DNA of 64,000 bases, from the NCBI GenBank assembly GCA_965219085.1, contig OZ244720.1, positions 1,280,001-1,344,000 of the forward strand, given 5' to 3'. Source of the DNA: Dehalococcoidia bacterium (GTDB lineage: Bacteria; Chloroflexota; Dehalococcoidia; UBA2979). Shown here one piece after another: positions 58,307 to 64,000 of this stretch (positions within the stretch are counted from its first letter, which is position 1; each line of letters opens with the position of its first letter). The translations under genes and the position numbers were made by a program. Below the pieces are notes generated by a model, which was not told the DNA's origin, searched no databases, and saw nothing but the letters and a program-made list of their open reading frames with translations.

Positions 58307-59668
58307 ATGACCATGCCGCGACCCATCGTGCGCGTGACGCACGCGGCCCTCCACCTCTCCGAGGACGGCCTGGCCGCCCTCGAGGCGCCGTTCCGCGGGC
58401 CCCGCGCGCCCAGCGCGCCCAGCGCGGCCATCGCCGAGGTCGCCGAGCAGGCCGCGCCGCCGAGGCAGGACCGCATCGGCGCGCTGCGCATACGCGACTT
58501 CCGCTTCCTGTTCATCGGCACCGTCACGTCGGGCTACGGGCAGTGGGCCACGATGATCGGCCTCGGATGGCTCGCGTACGTGCTCTCGGGCAATTCAGCA
58601 GCGCAGCTCGCATGGGTGGTCGCCGTCGGCGGCGCGATGCGGCTGTTGTCGGCGCCGTGGATCGGCGTGGTGCTGGACCGCTACCACCGCCGCTCGGTGA
58701 CGGTGTGGTCGACGCTCGCGAGCGCCGCGCTGGGCCTCGGGCTGGCCGTGCTGGTCATCACCGACATGGTCGCGTTCTGGCAGCTCTACGCATTCTCGGC
58801 GCTCGAGGGCGTCATCAGCAGCGCCAACCAGAACGTGCGCCAGACGTTCGTCTACGACGTGACGACGCCCGACACGCTCTCGAACGCGATCGCGCTCAAC
58901 GCGATCGCGCAGAACCTCTCGAGGATCTCCGGGCCCCCGCTCGCCGGCGCGATGATCGGGCTGCTGGGCACGGCGTCGCCGTTCCTGTTCATCGCCGTGA
59001 TGATGACGATCGCGACGTTCTTCACGCTCCTGATCAGCAAGTCGACGCGGCAGGCCGCGTTCGACACCGACAATCCGTTCCGCAGCCTGTGGGTGGGCAT
59101 CCGCTACGTCGCCTCGGACCGGCCGATGCTCGGCTTGGTGCTGTCCGGCGCGGTGCCGGGCATCTTCCTGTACCCGTACATCCCGCTGCTCCCCGTGTTC
59201 GCCGGGGAAGTGCTGGGCACGGGCTCGACGGGCTACGGGCTCCTCGCTGCCTCGGTCGGCTGGGGGTCGCTGACGGGACTGTTGGTGCTGTCGTGGCTCG
59301 GCGATGTGCGCCGCAAGGGCATCATTGCGATCTGGGGCCTGGTGTTCTATGCGGCCGCGCTCATCGTGTTCACGCAGTCGACGGTGTTCATCCTGTCATC
59401 GGCGATGCTCGTGGTGGCCGGCATCTTTCACGGCGTCGCGTTCACGGTGGCGCAGATCCTGGTGCAGGTGCTGGCGCGCGACGAGATGCGAGGGCGGGCG
59501 ACATCGCTGTTCCAGATGGGCTTCTCGCTCATGCCCGTCGGAGCGATCCCAATGGGGATAGCGATCGAGGCGTGGGGCGCGGCGACAGCGGTGGGCGGGT
59601 TCATCACGGTCGCGTTGGTGTGGTTCATCTTCATGGGCTTCTTCTGGCGCTCACTCCTCCGCGCGTAG
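58307..59668 (+). CDS. MFS transporter (MFS_3-like)
   Basis: GVVLDRYHRR motif, about 12 TMs. Confidence 0.9.
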   Translation: MTMPRPIVRVTHAALHLSEDGLAALEAPFRGPRAPSAPSAAIAEVAEQAAPPRQDRIGALRIRDFRFLFIGTVTSGYGQWATMIGLGWLAYVLSGNSAAQLAWVVAVGGAMRLLSAPWIGVVLDRYHRRSVTVWSTLASAALGLGLAVLVITDMVAFWQLYAFSALEGVISSANQNVRQTFVYDVTTPDTLSNAIALNAIAQNLSRISGPPLAGAMIGLLGTASPFLFIAVMMTIATFFTLLISKSTRQAAFDTDNPFRSLWVGIRYVASDRPMLGLVLSGAVPGIFLYPYIPLLPVFAGEVLGTGSTGYGLLAASVGWGSLTGLLVLSWLGDVRRKGIIAIWGLVFYAAALIVFTQSTVFILSSAMLVVAGIFHGVAFTVAQILVQVLARDEMRGRATSLFQMGFSLMPVGAIPMGIAIEAWGAATAVGGFITVALVWFIFMGFFWRSLLRA

Positions 59669-59686
59669 AGCCCCCTACGCCGCCCG

Positions 59687-60061
59687 CTACATGTATCGGC
59701 TGAATCGCGAAGTGCTGTCGATGGTGAAGATGAAGGGCCTCGGCGTCTCAGCAAACCGCTGCTCCATATCGTCCAGAGTTCCAACAATGACCTTCAACAG
59801 ATTCCAACGATTGAGCGTTTGCTTGTGTCCGAGAATGAAACAGCCAACGTTGTTGTCGAGGATCGCCCGGCGTTCGGCGTAGCGCCGCCTGATTTGCTTG
59901 TCGCGTGTCACAACCACCCAGCCCCGGCGACCTGCCTCGGCTAGCCATATCTCGTCTGCCGTGTCGTCAGGGAACCTCGGTTCCAGCCATTCGACATCGT
60001 CTCGAACGCACGCGAGTGCGTCGGCAATGTCGCGCGGTATGGAGCGATCGATGAAGATCAC
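59687..60061 (-). CDS. VapC45-like PIN toxin
   Basis: IFIDRSI, F..DTADEIWL, WVVVTRDKQIR..E; GTGA overlap with the upstream gene. Confidence 0.85.
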   Translation of the reverse strand: MIFIDRSIPRDIADALACVRDDVEWLEPRFPDDTADEIWLAEAGRRGWVVVTRDKQIRRRYAERRAILDNNVGCFILGHKQTLNRWNLLKVIVGTLDDMEQRFAETPRPFIFTIDSTSRFSRYM

Positions 60062-60738
60062 GCGGGGGTACGCGACGCCTCGAACTGGATCGCGTGCTCG
60101 ACTTCTTCGAGGGTGATGTTGAAGCCGTATGCAATGCGTTCCAGCGACTCGAGCGCTCGGACCTGCTCGAACACGATCTCGGTCCGAACCCCACTCCCAG
60201 CCACCACCGGAAGCCCAAACCCATAGCTGGGGTCGACCACGACGCGCCGATCGCGCCCGATCGGCCACCACCTGCGTACGAACTCTCCCTCGTACGCGAC
60301 TGTCTTGAGGAAAGGATCGAGGACCTCGGTCCAGGCCCGTTCACCCTTCCTCCGACCGATTCCAACTTCGACGAGCGCGTCGCCCTTCAGCACGAAGAAT
60401 TCGCGACCGTCTGTCTTGAAGCGTTCGGTGACCAGTGGCCGCGACAGGTCGAACATCACCTGGCACGACTCAACGGCCCTACGGATCGTGCGCAGCGACC
60501 ACCCAACGTCCTTGAGCCGACCGATCGCAGCAACCTCGATGAGATCGAAGAACGAGACGCCCGGCTCGTCGCGCTGATCGATACCTGGCGTCACAGGCGC
60601 GGCGCTGACTCGTGCTCCGTTCGACAGGTACGAGTAACCCCGGATCCAGCGCTTCGCAGTACCGCGCGTCACGCCGGCTATCCGATCGGCGTCGGCGTAG
60701 CTGTACATCGGGCGCTCGAAGCGTTCGTCGGGCGTCAA
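60058..60738 (-). CDS. VapB45-like antitoxin with DUF433 domain
   Basis: N-terminal HTH, SFFDLIE, VDPSYGFGLPVV.G.GVRT. Confidence 0.85.
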   Translation of the reverse strand: MTPDERFERPMYSYADADRIAGVTRGTAKRWIRGYSYLSNGARVSAAPVTPGIDQRDEPGVSFFDLIEVAAIGRLKDVGWSLRTIRRAVESCQVMFDLSRPLVTERFKTDGREFFVLKGDALVEVGIGRRKGERAWTEVLDPFLKTVAYEGEFVRRWWPIGRDRRVVVDPSYGFGLPVVAGSGVRTEIVFEQVRALESLERIAYGFNITLEEVEHAIQFEASRTPA

Positions 60739-60801
60739 CGATCCTGACCTTCCTTCTCGTAGCCAGATTAGCATGCAGGTGCGCACCACCCTCGACGCCA
60801 G

Positions 60802-61569
60802 CTACGGCATCCAGCTCCCGCCCGACACCGACAGCACCTGCCCCGTGATCTGCCGCGCCTCTTCCGAGGCGAGGAAGGCGATGGCGTTGGCGACGTCCTC
60901 GGGCTGCCCGAGGCGGCGCAGCGGCGTTGCCTCCGCCGACTCCTCGAGCGTCGTGCTGAGGTTGCGCTCCACCCACTCGGTCAGCGTCGTGCCGGGCGCG
61001 ATGGCGTTGACACGGATGCCGAGCGGCCCAAGCTCGTGCGCGAGCACCTTCGTGAACACGTGCAGGCCGCCCTTGGTCGTCGCGTACGCGACCGAGCCCG
61101 CGCCCTGCGCGCCCCCGGCCGTCGAGCCGATGTTCACGATGAGCCCGCCCGGCTGGCGGCCCGCCTCGATGCCCTCGCGCATCACCGGCGCGACCGCGGC
61201 GCTGCAGATGAAGGCGCCCGTGAGGTTCACCGCCAGCACCGCGTTCCAGTCCTCGAGCGTGTGCTCGAGGATGCCGCCGCGACGGTTCAGCCCGGCGTTG
61301 TTCACAAGCACATCGATGCGTCCCCAGCGCCCGAGCACGCGTTCGACGACGCCCGCGATGTCGTCGGCGTCGCTGACCGAGGCGAACGCGGCCATGAAGC
61401 GGTCGGGCTCGCGCGCCTCGCGCTCGGCGTGCTCGCCGATGAGCCGCTCGTGGATATCGAGCACGCACACCGAGTAGCCCGCCTCGAGGAGCCGTTCGGC
61501 GGTCGCGAAGCCGAGGCCGCGCGCCGCGCCGGTGATCACCGCGACGGGGCGGTCTGCGTCGTTGGTCAT
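60802..61569 (-). CDS. Short-chain dehydrogenase/reductase
   Basis: TGAARGLG, NNAG, YATTK, VNAIAPG. Confidence 0.93.
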   Translation of the reverse strand: MTNDADRPVAVITGAARGLGFATAERLLEAGYSVCVLDIHERLIGEHAEREAREPDRFMAAFASVSDADDIAGVVERVLGRWGRIDVLVNNAGLNRRGGILEHTLEDWNAVLAVNLTGAFICSAAVAPVMREGIEAGRQPGGLIVNIGSTAGGAQGAGSVAYATTKGGLHVFTKVLAHELGPLGIRVNAIAPGTTLTEWVERNLSTTLEESAEATPLRRLGQPEDVANAIAFLASEEARQITGQVLSVSGGSWMP

Positions 61570-61597
61570 CGTGGTTCCTCTCCCGGCTGCTCGGGCG

Positions 61598-62395
61598 TCA
61601 GCGGCCCTGGAACCGCGGGTCGCGACGCTCGGCGAAGGCGCGGAAGCCCTCCTTGCCGTCCTCGCTGGCGAGGAGCGGAAGCTGGGTCGTCCACTCGTAT
61701 TCGAGGAAGTGGCTCATCGACATGTCGGTCGAGCGTTGCAGCATGCAGCGCACGCCCGTGTAGCCCATCGGCGGGCCGTTCGCGATCATGCGGCCGTACG
61801 CCAGCGCCTCGTCGACGAGCTGGCCGGCGGGCACGACGCGGTTCGCGATGCCCCACTCGACGCACTCCTCGGCGGTCAGCAAGTCGCCGCTGTAGAACAG
61901 CTCGTGCGCCTTCGAGATGCCAACGAGCCGCCGCAGCCAGTAGGCGCCGCCGTAGTCGGCGGCGAGACCGCGCTTGATGAAGATCGACCCCATGCGCGCG
62001 CTGTCGGCCATGAGCCGCACGTCGCAGCACAGCGCGACGCCAAAGCCGGCGCCCACCGCCGGCCCGTTGATCGCGCCGATGATCGGCACGTCGGACTCCG
62101 AGAACGCCAGCGTGAGCCGCGTCGAGTTCCCTCGACGGTCGACGCGCTGGTGGCGCGGCGGCTCGCCCCCGTCCCCGCCCGCACCGCCGATCTCGGCGCC
62201 CGCGCAGAAGCCGCGGCCGGCGCCGGTCAGCACCATGGCGTACACGTCGTCGCGCTCGCTCGCCTCGCCAATCGCCTTCCCGAGCAGCGCCATCATCTCG
62301 ACGCTGAGCGCGTTCATGACCTCGGGGCGGTTGATGGTGACAAGCATGACGCCGTGCTCGTCGACGTTGGTGAGGATGGGTGGTTCGTCGGACAT
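61598..62395 (-). CDS. Enoyl-CoA hydratase/isomerase family protein
   Basis: INRPEVMNAL, GRGFCAG, AINGPAVGAG, F.E.R.P.F.G. Confidence 0.93.
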   Translation of the reverse strand: MSDEPPILTNVDEHGVMLVTINRPEVMNALSVEMMALLGKAIGEASERDDVYAMVLTGAGRGFCAGAEIGGAGGDGGEPPRHQRVDRRGNSTRLTLAFSESDVPIIGAINGPAVGAGFGVALCCDVRLMADSARMGSIFIKRGLAADYGGAYWLRRLVGISKAHELFYSGDLLTAEECVEWGIANRVVPAGQLVDEALAYGRMIANGPPMGYTGVRCMLQRSTDMSMSHFLEYEWTTQLPLLASEDGKEGFRAFAERRDPRFQGR

Positions 62396-62511
62396 GCTGG
62401 CTCCTCGGTCGCTGGGGGTGGGCGTGGTCGTTGTCGCGGGGGACCGTAGCACGGTGGCGGGAGCATGCCAGCGCCACGCGCTATGCCTCACGCGGTATTC
62501 AGGACGACCAC

Positions 62512-63015
62512 TTAGTAGTCCCAGCCACACTCGTCTGCGAACTGAACGAAGAACTCAGGGGTCCACCTAGCGTTGTAGCGCTGGAATGTAAGAAAGAGCG
62601 CCAACATGAACGCGGAGTCAGCTTCAGTGAGACCGCGTTCTTCGTTCGCCCCGAGCGCAACGAGCTCCAAGAAAGTCCTCACCAGCCAGCATTCGTTGTC
62701 ATCGGGGTACGTGGGTGCGAGAAGCAGCACATCCTCGAGATCAGCTTCGGTGAACTGCCTAGCAGGCATCGATGTCTGAATCTGGGTCTTGGACATGGGA
62801 CTCGGGGCTTGAGTTGCGACCTGGACTGCTTCGGTGGGTGAAGACCGCGCGCCTACTGGAGGCTCGCGATCCTCGCCGCCAGCCAGGCCAGAAGACGCAA
62901 TATACGCGAGGATCGAGATAGATATGACTGTCACCGCCAGAATCAGCACAACGGCAATGGAGAGCTGCTGATTCGAACTCAGCGACTTGAACCAGTAGAG
63001 CAACTCGGTACGCAC
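62512..63015 (-). CDS. Hypothetical single-pass membrane protein (lower GC)
   Basis: One TM then linker; composition differs from neighbours; start uncertain. Confidence 0.5.
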   Translation of the reverse strand: MRTELLYWFKSLSSNQQLSIAVVLILAVTVISISILAYIASSGLAGGEDREPPVGARSSPTEAVQVATQAPSPMSKTQIQTSMPARQFTEADLEDVLLLAPTYPDDNECWLVRTFLELVALGANEERGLTEADSAFMLALFLTFQRYNARWTPEFFVQFADECGWDY

Positions 63016-63255
63016 TCTTTGCGCTCCCGGTTCGGTTAGAGTCGGACAGGCGCACACCATACTCTAGGGTACTGGAAGGCCGGCGTCGCCCTCGGCACAC
63101 CTTGCGGGGAACCTGACCGGACCTCGCGGTATAGTGGGCTGTAGACCCGATTGACGCTCCCGTACACGTCATGGTCTCGCCGCGCCTCACCGGCGCCCGG
63201 CCGTCGGACCGGCACTGCGCGGAGCGCGCCCACGAGGGCGACGAGGGGACGCCAC

Positions 63256-64000
63256 GTGACCGATTTCGTCGCCCGATACGTGGGCTCGAAGTTCTTCTAT
63301 GGCTGGATCATCATCATTGCCGGCTTCGGGATGTTCATGCTCGGCGGCGGCCTCCTCATGCACGCCTTCGGCACCTACGTGAAGCTCCTCGAAGCCGACT
63401 TCGGCTGGAGCCGCACACAGCTCTCCATCGCCTTCTCCATGCAGCGCATCGAGAGCGGCTTCCTCGGCCCCATCCAGGGCTGGATGGTCGACCGCTACGG
63501 CCCCAGGGCCGTGATGCTCATCGGCATGGTGCTGTTCGGCTTCGGCTTCATCGCCTTCAGCTTTGTCGACTCGCTGCTGTGGTTCTACGTCGTGTTCGTG
63601 ATCATGGCGACGGGCCAGAGCTTCGGCTCGATGATGAGCCTCTCGGCCTCGCTCGTGAGCTTCTTCCGCCGCCGCCGCGGCCTCGCGCTCGGCATCGTCG
63701 GCACCGGGATGGCGACCGGCGGCCTCGTGCAGCCACTCGTCGTCGCGGGCCTCGAGGCGTGGGGGTGGCGCTCGATGGCGTTCGTCTCGGGCATCATCAT
63801 CCTCGCCGTCGGTCTGCCGCTCGCGAGCCTGGTGCGGCACCGCCCCCAGGAACTCGGACTCCTGCCCGACGGCGACTCGCCCGGCGGCCCGGCGGGCGCG
63901 AACGGCGCCTCCGCCAGCGGCCCGGAGTACCTCGAAGAGGTCAGCTTCACGGCGCGCGAGGCGATGCGCACGCGATCGTTCTGGCTGCTCTCGGTCGGCC
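63256..64000 (+). CDS. MFS transporter (OFA-like), 3' partial
   Basis: GTG start, FFYGWIII, FGWSRT, GWMVDRYGPR; runs off the window end. Confidence 0.9.
   Translation, partial: MTDFVARYVGSKFFYGWIIIIAGFGMFMLGGGLLMHAFGTYVKLLEADFGWSRTQLSIAFSMQRIESGFLGPIQGWMVDRYGPRAVMLIGMVLFGFGFIAFSFVDSLLWFYVVFVIMATGQSFGSMMSLSASLVSFFRRRRGLALGIVGTGMATGGLVQPLVVAGLEAWGWRSMAFVSGIIILAVGLPLASLVRHRPQELGLLPDGDSPGGPAGANGASASGPEYLEEVSFTAREAMRTRSFWLLSVG

Noticed and set aside
59681-60805. Target duplication (cgcccgctac / cgccagctac) around the VapBC45-like pair
   Set aside because: Short, imperfect, GC-rich and overlapping stop codons; likely chance.
63025-63060. tRNA 3'-end-like sequence (GTTCGGTTAGAGTCGGACAGGCGCACACCA) as an att site
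   Set aside because: T-loop is degenerate, no 5' half or integrase, and it does not match the tRNA-Thr here.
1-64000. Many long overlapping Arg/Ala/Pro-rich ORFs (e.g. 1..1629, 11953..15399, 23209..25428, 55140..57389)
   Set aside because: Shadow frames of real genes in very GC-rich DNA; only the 3' parts of 11953..15399 and 23209..25428 are real genes.

Overview
High-GC bacterial chromosome segment. Gene content (Tat-exported family-5 solute-binding lipoproteins, family III CoA-transferases, F420/PPOX enzyme, short YidC) suggests Chloroflexota/Dehalococcoidia (inference). It carries nfo, thyX, a polyphosphate/phosphate/arsenic block (ppx, CYTH-CHAD, aquaporin-arsC, pstSCAB-phoU; ppk1 further on), a putative heme operon (AKR, chdC, ABM, fused ahbAB-like), three type II toxin-antitoxin pairs, an RRM + DEAD-box cluster, tandem SBP paralogs with a decayed third copy, the rpmH-rnpA-yidD-(beta-propeller)-yidC-jag-pfkB-parA-parB operon with a perfect parS, tRNA-Thr(CGT) and several IS elements. 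Most notable: a probable selenocysteine peroxiredoxin (UGA at the catalytic position plus SECIS-like hairpin), an IS110 nested in an IS1380 whose non-coding end matches its own insertion junction (bridge-RNA-like), a YidC with a DUF1059-like Cys/His insert, and a head-to-head IS5 chimera. All calls come from motif recognition by eye; no database searches were run.
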